The notes beneath the pieces are model-generated. The model saw only the letters and a list, made by a program, of their open reading frames with translations, did no database searches and was not told where the DNA came from. A DNA stretch of 64,000 nt from a virus. Its lineage: Duplodnaviria; Caudoviricetes. The stretch covers positions 15,174 to 79,173 of the IMG/VR virus record IMGVR_UViG_2602041658_000005; one strand, given 5' to 3'. The translations under genes were made by a program, and so were the position numbers. Positions 8,831-18,090 of this stretch are shown here, piece after piece (positions within the stretch are counted from its first letter, which is position 1; each line of letters begins with the position of its first letter).

Positions 8831-9772
8831 TTAGTTGTTAAAAAAAGTCATTGCATTGGAACCGGGTCTTTTTCCGTCAAGACAGATATAACGGTCTGTC
8901 ATATTGGTCGTACTATGCCCAGCGAGGGTTTTTATTATTTCTACGGGGACATCTTTCCCTGCTAAAATAGTGCAGAAAGTTCTTCGTGCTGTGTGTAAAG
9001 TTACAAACTCCCACTTTTCGCCTTTTTGAAGCCTGCCTTTTACGTACAATTGGCAATCTTCATTTATTCCTATATTTCTACAAATACGCTGAATAGTTCT
9101 ATTTGCTACGGCGGTAGTATGTGTTTTGCATCTTTCGTTAATATACTTATGGAGCCATTTATGAACAGGTAGAGTAACCTCTGTTTTTGTTTTTTGAGAA
9201 ACATAAGATAGGAAACCATTAGTTATGTTATCTAATGTCATTCGCTTTGCATCGGAGCTGCGACAACCTGTCAATACGCATTTCATGAATAGATTTTTTA
9301 CGTCTTTTTCAGTTTCTGTTTTCGGTAAATAATCATTTAACTTTTCTAACTCGTTCTCTGTGAGCGCGATATGCTGCGATGGAACTTTCTTTCCACTTAA
9401 AACTCCCATTATATTTTTGCAAGGGATAACGTTCTCTTCTGAATATTCGTTGAGAAAGGCTTTTATTATATTAAGATACGTACACGCTGAATTTGGAGAA
9501 ACTTTATCTTTAATATAAGATGCAATTCTTACAAGGTTAATCTTTGATAGATCTTCCCATGTTATTAAATCTTTTTGCAATGCTTCCCCCATCATTCTAA
9601 TTATTTGTGGTCGTTGTGTATTCTTTAAAAGAAAAGCACCTGCAAAGGATTTTTTCCACTCATCAAAAGAATATTCTTCTATATTGTTCATAAAAGGGTT
9701 TGCAAGAATAGACGCAAACTGCCTATCGGTACATCTCTTGCCAAGTACTTTTTTCAAATCTTCTCTTTCCAT
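8831..9772 (-). CDS. Tyrosine recombinase (second one; no obvious arm-binding domain)
   Basis: TGCRSSD, KT, HTARRTF, LAGH and DRY catalytic motifs. Confidence 0.92.
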   Translation of the reverse strand: MEREDLKKVLGKRCTDRQFASILANPFMNNIEEYSFDEWKKSFAGAFLLKNTQRPQIIRMMGEALQKDLITWEDLSKINLVRIASYIKDKVSPNSACTYLNIIKAFLNEYSEENVIPCKNIMGVLSGKKVPSQHIALTENELEKLNDYLPKTETEKDVKNLFMKCVLTGCRSSDAKRMTLDNITNGFLSYVSQKTKTEVTLPVHKWLHKYINERCKTHTTAVANRTIQRICRNIGINEDCQLYVKGRLQKGEKWEFVTLHTARRTFCTILAGKDVPVEIIKTLAGHSTTNMTDRYICLDGKRPGSNAMTFFNN

Positions 9773-9902
9773 AATTATTATAATTTTAAATGTTTTTTAT
9801 TGTGAGCGAGGTAGGTTTTTCTCCTGCCACGCTCTGAAAATTACGAAAACAAAAAATGCCCGTATAATAAGGAACGTTAGCGCATACCCTTTTATAAAAC
9901 AT

Positions 9903-10136
9903 TTAAGATTTACTTTCTTTTTTCACTGCACTCCAATAAGCCTCAACACCCATCATATTTTGAATGGGCATAGTTAATTTATAAAACACATCTTCTATGT
10001 CTATATTATACTCGTCAGTGTTTACCTCTTCATGAAAATACTTGTAAAGTTTTTCTATGATTGTAGCCATTTCTGCGATATTGTTGCTTACTTTTACGGT
10101 TGTGCTTTTTGAATTATTATTATTAATATATGCCAT
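9903..10136 (-). CDS. Hypothetical protein
   Basis: ORF with an AT-rich leader. Confidence 0.55.
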   Translation of the reverse strand: MAYINNNNSKSTTVKVSNNIAEMATIIEKLYKYFHEEVNTDEYNIDIEDVFYKLTMPIQNMMGVEAYWSAVKKESKS

Positions 10137-10202
10137 CGTTGTATTTTTTATATGTTTATTTATTGATTAATAACTATTATTCTCTATATTTTTTATAGTT
10201 CT

Positions 10203-10355
10203 TTATTTTATTTTTGCAAGTGTGTGATTGCTTGTGTTACCTCCAAAAAGATGATTTATGTATGCTAACCCTTTTTGCGTGCAAACACATTTCATTACTA
10301 TTAAATCGGGGTGATTTTTTCTTTTTATAGGAGGAAGCTCTGTTAAGACGAAATT
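10203..10355 (-). pseudogene. Orphan C-terminal remnant of a KilAC/ANT domain
   Basis: FVLTELPPIKRKNHPDLIVMKCVCTQKGLAYINHLFGG...*; no start codon; TQKG is the KilAC terminal motif. Confidence 0.6.
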
Positions 10356-10356
10356 T

Positions 10357-11145
10357 TTAAATTCCTAACTCTTTTAATAATTCTCCAAATTTGCCAACAT
10401 ACCATTGTGGTTGTGTTTCTTTCGGGTTGTTTGGGTTTACTTGATTCTCACCAAACGCTTTGCCTTTCTCTGTAATAGAATAGAATTTGTGTTCCTTTCC
10501 TTGAAAGCCTTGTCGGGTAAGGTTACTAAGGAACCCTTTCTCTAAAGCAACTTTATTAAATTTCTGTGCGCTTATTTCCTTGTTATTGCGTTTGAGTAGT
10601 TCTGTTGCAGATAACATTTGGTCAATTGATGTTGTGTAGTCGGGAGTAGGCAGTCCGAGAGGGTCGCCTATTTTCTTTAACAATGATAGCTTAGAGCTAT
10701 CGTTAAGGTGTAGTATATCACCAACGCCTTTTATCCACGAAATCTTGGCGTTAATGATTTTAGATGAAATGGAATGTCTTTTTGTTTCTTTTTTCTTTGC
10801 GAGTTCTTCGCATCGAATAAAGTACTGACGAGCCATTTTCCCCCTCTCGTTGTTCTCTACCATTGAAAGTTCCTTTGCCATTTCAACGGAAATAGCGTAT
10901 TCGTCTTGTGGTCTACCCCCATTAGGGTTTTTCACAAATTTGTGAAAAACTTCAAAGTCTTGATTTTCAACGAATCCGTATTGGTTAATACGCTGATTAA
11001 TCCAATCTGTAAAATTACGTTTGTTTTCTAAGAATGTGTGTAACATTCTTGCACTTACGGCTCTCTTGCCGTTACTCTCATTGATAGGGATAAGCTCCCC
11101 GATGTTTTGGTTTTGGTTTTGTTCCATACTAATAGTTTTGAACAT
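10357..11145 (-). CDS. AntA/AntB-family antirepressor
   Basis: VSARMLHTFL...FTDWI..RI..YGFVENQDF...MAKELSMVE...ARQYFI. Confidence 0.9.
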   Translation of the reverse strand: MFKTISMEQNQNQNIGELIPINESNGKRAVSARMLHTFLENKRNFTDWINQRINQYGFVENQDFEVFHKFVKNPNGGRPQDEYAISVEMAKELSMVENNERGKMARQYFIRCEELAKKKETKRHSISSKIINAKISWIKGVGDILHLNDSSKLSLLKKIGDPLGLPTPDYTTSIDQMLSATELLKRNNKEISAQKFNKVALEKGFLSNLTRQGFQGKEHKFYSITEKGKAFGENQVNPNNPKETQPQWYVGKFGELLKELGI

Positions 11146-11326
11146 AAATAAAGCCGCACGATGTGTTGTTCATGTACTATTAGCGTAACATTCGGGGCAT
11201 TTCTGCTACCCGACACATGTGCGGCATATCTGATTATACCTTAATCTGAAATATGTAGATACAAAAAACACCGATGCTCAATCGGTGGTGTCTGTACCAC
11301 TAATAGTTTTGAACACTGCAAAGATA
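11128..11326 (-). promoter_or_regulatory. Promoter and structured 5' leader of the antirepressor
   Basis: TATCTTTG (-7) at 11319-11326 and TTTG (-33) at 11348-11351 on the minus strand; 17-bp direct repeat at 11128 and 11299; its complement at 11167-11183; stem 11153-11225. Confidence 0.65.
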
Positions 11327-11434
11327 GCAATAATATTTCGTATTTTCCAAATGATTGGCTTGCTTTTTTGTAGTTATTATGTTATTTTGTGTTAATACGT
11401 ACATTAATGTATTGCATTACTATAAATCTTATGT

Positions 11435-11442
11435 TACCTTTG
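11435..11442 (+). promoter_or_regulatory. Bacteroidota -7 promoter element for the toxin-antitoxin operon
   Basis: TACCTTTG shortly upstream of the ATG at 11466. Confidence 0.6.
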
Positions 11443-11465
11443 TATTGCAACAAAGAAATTTGACC

Positions 11466-12014
11466 ATGACACATTTTGACAAACAAAAACTATCTGAGGT
11501 TGTTTTGTACATTTTGAACAAGACAAAAGGCTTAGACTATTACCATTTGTTCAAGGTGATATACTTTGCTAATATGGAGCATTTGGTGAAGTATGGTTCC
11601 CCTATGGTTGCAGACGCTTTCTACGCACTACCTGACGGTCCCGTTCCTACGGTTCTTTATGATAGTATCAAGCGAGATACCAATTGCGATAGTGAGATGC
11701 ATAACCTTTTGTCAAGCAGTACAAAAAAGGGAGAGGACGATGCTTATTATATGCTTACCGCAAGCCGCAAGACCGATGAGGACTATTTGTCAAAGGCTGA
11801 TATTGAAGTGCTGGATAATTCAATCAAAGAAAACGCATATCTTCCCTATTCTGAGTTGAAAGCCAAGTCGCATGGCAAAGAGTGGGAAAGGGCTTTCTCA
11901 CAAAGTAGCGACAAAAAGATGAGCATTGTAGGCATTGCGAAAGATGGTAGAGCCTCTGATGACATGATAGAATACATCAAGGAAAACTTGATGATTGAAT
12001 CGGCTTTAGCATGA
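11466..12014 (+). CDS. Panacea (DUF4065/SocA-like) antitoxin
   Basis: LFKVIYFA...ALPDGPVP...SHGKEW. Confidence 0.85.
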   Translation: MTHFDKQKLSEVVLYILNKTKGLDYYHLFKVIYFANMEHLVKYGSPMVADAFYALPDGPVPTVLYDSIKRDTNCDSEMHNLLSSSTKKGEDDAYYMLTASRKTDEDYLSKADIEVLDNSIKENAYLPYSELKAKSHGKEWERAFSQSSDKKMSIVGIAKDGRASDDMIEYIKENLMIESALA

Positions 12015-12466
12015 CGAGTATAAGAGATTTAATCGGAAGTTTATCCGATAAGCTCACGCAAGACAACATTGCTGTTGGAAGCGTATATATGCTTCGTTTG
12101 GACAAAACTAATGGAATAACTCCAAAGAGTGGAGATACCTTTCGTGATAAATTCTTTGTAGTTCTCGGTTTTAACGAAGATAGAGTAGTTGTTGGCGGTT
12201 TGGTTATTAACTCAAACATCAACAAAAATCTGCCGCCCACTATTACTGATTACTATTTACCAATATCCGCTGAACGTTGCCCTTTTTTGAAACATGATTC
12301 ATTTGTGAATTGCTCAAAGTTAATCGTTGCTAACAAGGATAAATTCACACGCTCAACTTATTGTGGAGAAATTACTGACAGCAGTTTTTTAGAGAGTATA
12401 TACAATACCGTCAAAGAAAGCCCAACGGTGAGCAATAAGCAGCTAAAAATGTTTGGAATTGAATAG
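12011..12466 (+). CDS. Putative PemK/MazF-fold toxin
   Basis: ATGA overlap with the antitoxin; GSVY...RDKFFVVLG...INS...FLKHDSFVNCS. Confidence 0.6.
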   Translation: MTSIRDLIGSLSDKLTQDNIAVGSVYMLRLDKTNGITPKSGDTFRDKFFVVLGFNEDRVVVGGLVINSNINKNLPPTITDYYLPISAERCPFLKHDSFVNCSKLIVANKDKFTRSTYCGEITDSSFLESIYNTVKESPTVSNKQLKMFGIE

Positions 12467-12521
12467 GGTTTAATGTCTTTGCAACAAAACACATTTCATA
12501 CAGGTTATACTTTTGCAAAAC

Positions 12522-12555
12522 AAAAACCGCCCATACGTTTATTGCATGGGCGGCT
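12522..12555 (-). terminator. Intrinsic terminator between convergent genes
   Basis: CCGCCCAT...ATGGGCGG stem next to an A-tract. Confidence 0.55.
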
Positions 12556-12635
12556 GTGCTTATTACTGCTGCGACAGATTCGTAAAAACAAAAGTCAAAA
12601 TGTATGCTACTAAATTGACAGCTAATTATTTACTG

Positions 12636-12956
12636 CTATTCTCTATTATTTTCTTTTTTATGCTTATATATATAGATGCCCAAAGAACCAACTGCAATTA
12701 AAGTAAATATCCCGGAAATAGCCCAATTGCAAATATTGTACAAGGTTTCCTTATGGTTTAACTCATTCATATCCAATATATAATTTATAGTGTCATATTC
12801 TGTAGCTTGATGTAAAGAAACATCTGCATCATATTCAATAGACGAACGGATTCGCTCTGAACGCAAATTTTTGGAAGCGACCCTGAAAGCAAAAAAGCTA
12901 AATATTGCAAGTATCACGCTTGCAATAAAAGAGATAAGATATGCCTTAGTATTCAT
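12636..12956 (-). CDS. Two-TM membrane protein
   Basis: Two hydrophobic segments. Confidence 0.65.
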   Translation of the reverse strand: MNTKAYLISFIASVILAIFSFFAFRVASKNLRSERIRSSIEYDADVSLHQATEYDTINYILDMNELNHKETLYNICNWAISGIFTLIAVGSLGIYIYKHKKENNRE

Positions 12957-12996
12957 ATTGTATAATGATTTTTTGATTAGTACACGAACAAGAAAA

Positions 12997-13710
12997 TTAT
13001 TTTATTTCTTTTTTTATTATGTCAAGGATAGTCTTGTTACATTCAACAAGTTTTTTTGCGTTTTTTATTCTTGCTATATATTCTTCAGAAATCTCGGAGA
13101 AATTTATAAAATCATCAATACTAAGAATTTCGTCTGTCTGTACTCCTTCTTTTCTAATTTCTATTTTATTAAGCAAAGTGTCAGAAACCGCATAATATGT
13201 CTTTAGATGCTTCTCCCCTTTTTCGGTTACCCTTGCTGTTATTTTATATTGTAAAAACGTCTTACCTTTTAACGTCATAAATTTATTATACCTACTACGT
13301 AAAGTTTCCCCAAACCCATTTAAAATTGCAGAAATGTCATCAGAGCCTAAAGACATTGCTTCGTTTAATAAATCTAAATGCTTATACATAGCTTCTTTGA
13401 AAATAGGGTTTCTATGAGTTAGACCATGTAATTTTGGATTTTTTAATGCTTTGCTAATTTGGTCAGATTGCTTGCGATTGATTTTATTTATTGAATCATA
13501 AGTTTGCTTTAGTTCCTTTAAGAGGGATTGAGCTTCTTTTATGGTTATTGTATCACATGAATCAACAGAGACTATTTCGTCCAAGTTCTTCGGATCATCA
13601 AAATGGGTGCTTACATAGTCTTTGAAAGCGGTTTTGACTTTTCTTTTGTTCTGGTCAACGCATGAAATCAGACACATTAAAGCACATAATATAAAAATAA
13701 TATTTCTCAT
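12997..13710 (-). CDS. Lipoprotein of unknown function
   Basis: Signal peptide ending LIS-C. Confidence 0.75.
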   Translation of the reverse strand: MRNIIFILCALMCLISCVDQNKRKVKTAFKDYVSTHFDDPKNLDEIVSVDSCDTITIKEAQSLLKELKQTYDSINKINRKQSDQISKALKNPKLHGLTHRNPIFKEAMYKHLDLLNEAMSLGSDDISAILNGFGETLRSRYNKFMTLKGKTFLQYKITARVTEKGEKHLKTYYAVSDTLLNKIEIRKEGVQTDEILSIDDFINFSEISEEYIARIKNAKKLVECNKTILDIIKKEIK

Positions 13711-13797
13711 AATTTATAAATTAAAAAGTTATACATATACCCACGCAATCGGATGGGACTGCGTGTGGTTGTTTCTGTTTCATTTTCGTATACATCT

Positions 13798-14253
13798 CTA
13801 AGGATTGATTTCTTTATGAAATCCGGAACCGAATCGTGTGAAAGCAATACGACTGTCAGCTTCAAATTTTTCCATTTTTGTTCTCGACATTTTTACTCCA
13901 TATTTTTGATTGATTGCGCTCGTATTTGCAAGCCCTTTGTCAAACAAAGGAATCTCGTCAAGATAATATGCTACAAATCTATTTTTTCCTTTGTCAGACG
14001 AACCTATAATTTCCATTCTTCTGTCAAGTCCATTTGCATAAACAGTGCAAAGTAATACGCAATATGTAGTTGAATCAGTGTACTCTTGTTCTATCTCGTA
14101 TACTTTTACTTCTTTTCCATATTCACTTTGCAATGATTTCTCTATTTTTTTAGCATAGTCAAATGATGCTTCAATTATAGACCTCTTTTGGCACGCACTG
14201 AACGCCGCCATTGCTACAACGGCAACGAACATAATAGATAAAAGTCTTTTCAT
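13798..14253 (-). CDS. Lipoprotein of unknown function
   Basis: MKRLL...AAFSA-C lipobox. Confidence 0.75.
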   Translation of the reverse strand: MKRLLSIMFVAVVAMAAFSACQKRSIIEASFDYAKKIEKSLQSEYGKEVKVYEIEQEYTDSTTYCVLLCTVYANGLDRRMEIIGSSDKGKNRFVAYYLDEIPLFDKGLANTSAINQKYGVKMSRTKMEKFEADSRIAFTRFGSGFHKEINP

Positions 14254-14544
14254 TTTTATAATTTTAGAATTAAAAGAATTATTTATATATTTGTTGTTTG
14301 ATTTGCAAAAATAAACAAAATATTAAAATAAAGAAGGGTCGTACTATAAAAGTTTTGTTATAATTAGTTAAAACAATTCTACTTAATAGAAATGTGATGT
14401 ATATTGCGTTCTTTTATTTAAACTTGCTATCCGTGTAGAGTTATTAAGAAAAAAAAGCAAACAAGCAAATAAAAATTTAGCTATATTTATTTTATTGCTT
14501 CGTACTTTTAACTGCTTCGTACTTTGGATAATAGGGCGCAAATA

Positions 14545-14583
14545 AAAAGAAAAAGGCTGCCACGAATCACTTCGTAGTAGCCC
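14545..14583 (-). terminator. Probable terminator of the leftward early operon
   Basis: GGCTGCCACGAA...TTCGTAGTAGCC stem followed by a U-tract on the minus strand. Confidence 0.55.
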
Positions 14584-14656
14584 GTAATAATAATAATTTA
14601 AAATTTTAATTATGAAAAATTTAATACTTAAACAGCAAGTCGCTTCTTGCTAAAAT

Positions 14657-15529
14657 TTATATATTTTCTTTATCAAAGTAAGTGTTTAGAATATCACCAA
14701 TCATTTTACTTGCCTCTTCCATTTTTAAACCATCTTCCATATAAAGGATTTGTTTTGCTAAATCTTCTATTTCGTTAATCTCATCGAAATTATCTTTAAA
14801 AGAAGGTAACGCTTCTATCTTCATGATTAATGCGCTGATTTGGGTAGTAACGAATATAAATTTTACGCGATATTCGTAAATATCAGCTAAATCTACGGCA
14901 TACTGCATAGATGCATCATCTGAAGACAATTCTATCGTACTTCCATTCTGGCTTATTTTAAAAGGTTTTATACCATATTTTTTTTCATATTCTAAAGCTG
15001 AATTTGTCGAAGCGAAATCTATTAATAGTTGGAAAAATATTCGTATATCGAACGCATCAAGAGTGTTTTTTAAAACTTCATCTGTATCGTCCGGACAAAG
15101 ACAATGACGCATAGTATATGGTTCAAGAACACTATTTGGTATATTCTCTAAAACAAGGCTACCACCAGCATCTTTGTCGGTAGGTAAGATGTGTCCTTTC
15201 TTTATTCTTTCTAACCTTTCATTTTCTGCAAAAGTACGCCATGTCGAAGGGTAATACTCTGATGCATAAAAGAGGATATTTCTCAAAAAAGGTAAAATAG
15301 CGGATACATATTCATGAAACAACAAAGAATTTACATACATCTTGTTTTTCTTGTCATCTTTCGTTTCGATAAAAGACTTTGGCTTTGAATACGCGTACAT
15401 AGGGAAAGCCAATTTAACACCTTTGTTAAAAAACTCGCATAGCTCTTCATCGCCTTTTAATAAATGAAAATTTTTATCCATGTTATAATTTGTTTTTTTT
15501 AATCTTAATATATACGCTTTTAGACGCAT
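14657..15529 (-). CDS. Hypothetical protein (start may be at 15481)
   Basis: Long ORF. Confidence 0.65.
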   Translation of the reverse strand: MRLKAYILRLKKTNYNMDKNFHLLKGDEELCEFFNKGVKLAFPMYAYSKPKSFIETKDDKKNKMYVNSLLFHEYVSAILPFLRNILFYASEYYPSTWRTFAENERLERIKKGHILPTDKDAGGSLVLENIPNSVLEPYTMRHCLCPDDTDEVLKNTLDAFDIRIFFQLLIDFASTNSALEYEKKYGIKPFKISQNGSTIELSSDDASMQYAVDLADIYEYRVKFIFVTTQISALIMKIEALPSFKDNFDEINEIEDLAKQILYMEDGLKMEEASKMIGDILNTYFDKENI

Positions 15530-15589
15530 TTAAATATTTTTTTTCGTACTCTTTCGTACTCTTCCGAACTAAGGGCAAACGTTTTGAAT

Positions 15590-16165
15590 TTATTCTATAG
15601 GAACGGTAGTCCTATATAATAGCTCTTCGCCCACAGGCTTATTTTGAAATATATCCATAGTTTTCCCTTTAAATTTAGGGTCGGTAAGTATATAATCTAT
15701 TCCCGAAAGTAGAGAATGTTCATCAAACACTGCGTGTTCATGATCATCTTTTTCAGAAATCATTAAAATGTCATGTAAGGCTCTAATATGAAAACGACTA
15801 TACCCTTGCACCATATCATAAAAAGCGCAAGTAATATCAATATATTCCTTGCACTCTGTGTAAAAACCTAACGGACTCCACGATGTAATAAAATCGCATT
15901 CTGCCCAATCCGAAAATACAGCGAAAGGGTAATCTATATCATCACCGGGCTGGAAGGTCAATACCGTATGTGTAGGGTGTTCGCTTCTTAATTTTACCGT
16001 ACAATACCAACAATCGCGATCAATTTCATTACCTTTAAAATTGGTAAAACAATCGAAACCTTGTAAATGGAACCACGGTTCGTACATATCGTACAATTCA
16101 AAACATTGCTTTTCAAAATCTCTAAATGTTTTGATTTTTTCTTTTGGAGGAATATAATAATCCAT
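15590..16165 (-). CDS. Hypothetical acidic/aromatic protein
   Basis: ORF; ATG of MDYYIP preferred as start. Confidence 0.65.
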   Translation of the reverse strand: MDYYIPPKEKIKTFRDFEKQCFELYDMYEPWFHLQGFDCFTNFKGNEIDRDCWYCTVKLRSEHPTHTVLTFQPGDDIDYPFAVFSDWAECDFITSWSPLGFYTECKEYIDITCAFYDMVQGYSRFHIRALHDILMISEKDDHEHAVFDEHSLLSGIDYILTDPKFKGKTMDIFQNKPVGEELLYRTTVPIE

Positions 16166-16532
16166 GTGCAATAAATTTAAAATATTGATTTGTTTTAGAA
16201 TAATAGGCAAGTGCAAATTTACCTATTATATCCCACTTTTGTGGAGAGAGGAGTCTTTTTAATACTTGTAAATACTATTTAAAAGTGTGAAAAGATTTTC
16301 GTACATCTTACTATTTTACCTTTTATGTATCTTTCTTTTGAATAAAAAAACAATACAAATAGCAGTCTTATAGCATAAAGCCATCTTTTTGCTGTTTCTT
16401 TTTTTGTTCTGACGGCTTTTTATGTTTCTTTCGACTAATTGTCTATCAAAAAGATTTTGAAGCGTCATACGAAGAAAACGCGCGCTTGTGTATTTTCTGA
16501 AAAAACAAAGACATCGTACTTTTAGCTAATTA

Positions 16533-16799
16533 CTATCTGTTGTAAATTATAGATAGTTTATAGTTTTCAACGTTTTTCATTGATTTACGTTGAACGCTAT
16601 TTGAACAACCTATTGCTGAGTAATTTCTTTCCTCAAGGCTTAATAAAGCGTTCGCGAAGTCCATTATAGAAACATCTTCACCATAACTATCAAGTCCTTT
16701 GTATTCAGATTCACAAAAGTTATCAACGTACTTATTCATTCTCTTAAACGAATTTTTTAGAAGTTCTTTTACTTCTTTTCTGAATTGTTCCTTTTTCAT
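16533..16799 (-). CDS. Small early-type protein
   Basis: ATG after hairpin and AT-rich leader (MKKEQF). Confidence 0.65.
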   Translation of the reverse strand: MKKEQFRKEVKELLKNSFKRMNKYVDNFCESEYKGLDSYGEDVSIMDFANALLSLEERNYSAIGCSNSVQRKSMKNVENYKLSIIYNR

Positions 16800-16876
16800 A
16801 ACTATATATATATTTAAATTAAACATCGTACTTGCCACAACGATTAAGATGTAGCAAGCTGTAATAATTCAAATGG

Positions 16877-17092
16877 TTATAAGGTCAGTTCTTTTTGAAT
16901 AGCACCGATAAATATATACTCTGCTTGAGATTTCGTGTGTGCATACTCGCAGGTCTCCGCAATTTTGTCGCCAAACATATTGAGGATAACCGTTTCTATT
17001 TTGTAGCGGTTGCCTGACCTTTTGTACAGATAAATTTTTGCCGTTGCCCCATCTTTACGGTCATGCTCGAAAAATGATGTGAAAATCCTCAT
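16877..17092 (-). CDS. Small early-type protein
   Basis: ORF preceded by a hairpin. Confidence 0.65.
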   Translation of the reverse strand: MRIFTSFFEHDRKDGATAKIYLYKRSGNRYKIETVILNMFGDKIAETCEYAHTKSQAEYIFIGAIQKELTL

Positions 17093-17184
17093 AATTTAAT
17101 TTAATAGTTTAATTGTTAATAATATCGTACTTTGCGTAAATATTAATTCACGCAAAGTTGTAAGACTTAAATTATTTTTTATTT

Positions 17185-17439
17185 TCACTTCCGTGAAAAA
17201 ATATCATAAGTGATAGCAAAAGCAGCCAGTTCCCTATCGCTTGTAAAAACATCTTCTTTAAATTTGTAAAGCTGTTTTAGCAAAGGTTTTAATAATTCGT
17301 CTTTTATCAAACTTTCACCTTTGAGGATCAGCTCCTCTGGCGTGCTAAAATAATCGTACAGCATTGCATGTACACCATCTAAAACTTTACTAAAAAGAGC
17401 AATATCAAAATTTTCCTTTTCAAAAAATAATTTTTCCAT
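17185..17439 (-). CDS. Small early-type protein
   Basis: ORF in the operon. Confidence 0.6.
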   Translation of the reverse strand: MEKLFFEKENFDIALFSKVLDGVHAMLYDYFSTPEELILKGESLIKDELLKPLLKQLYKFKEDVFTSDRELAAFAITYDIFSRK

Positions 17440-17455
17440 AATCTTCTTTTTTTTA

Positions 17456-17671
17456 TTAATAGATATATAGCGAACCTTTTTGCTTGCAAAGTTTTTTCAA
17501 ACTTTCTAAATCTTTTCTCTTTGGATATTCCTCGTGATACGTGGCATCTATCAACGGCATGTCGTTTGTTGTTGTACTCCATTGCTTACCAGTAGTCGGG
17601 CTTGTATAAGTTACTTTGTAATGTCCATAACCAGCGAACTCAAATCTGAAATCTGTTAATTCTGTTTTCAT
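17456..17671 (-). CDS. Small early-type protein
   Basis: MKTELTDFRFEFAGYGHYKVTY; preceded by a hairpin. Confidence 0.7.
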   Translation of the reverse strand: MKTELTDFRFEFAGYGHYKVTYTSPTTGKQWSTTTNDMPLIDATYHEEYPKRKDLESLKKLCKQKGSLYIY

Positions 17672-17757
17672 AATCGTATAATTTTTAGTGAATAATAATT
17701 TTATCGTACTTTGCGTAAACGCCAATTCACGCAAAGTTTTTATTTAATTCGTGAAGA

Positions 17758-18018
17758 TTAAGAAACCTCTTCTATAAATTGTTCTATTGTTTTGCACCAT
17801 ACGGCATCCCTTTGCGCAGTGTTTGCTGTATCGCAGTACACTAACACGCACATCTTACCGTTCAAGCTATAAGAAACGTCTATAATTTTTCTTTGCGTGG
17901 GGTGCATGAATTTTTGAATGTGATAATACTTGTTCTTCACTTCTTCTATCATTACGGGATTTAAGCCGCAAGCACTATAAAGATTATTTAGTGCTTTTTT
18001 AAAAGTCTCTTTTTTCAT
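17758..18018 (-). CDS. Small early-type protein
   Basis: MKKETF; preceded by a hairpin. Confidence 0.65.
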   Translation of the reverse strand: MKKETFKKALNNLYSACGLNPVMIEEVKNKYYHIQKFMHPTQRKIIDVSYSLNGKMCVLVYCDTANTAQRDAVWCKTIEQFIEEVS

Positions 18019-18090
18019 AATCTTAAAATTTTTATAATTAATAAATATTGTACTTTGCACGAAAATTACTTCGTACAAAGCTCTAAGGAG

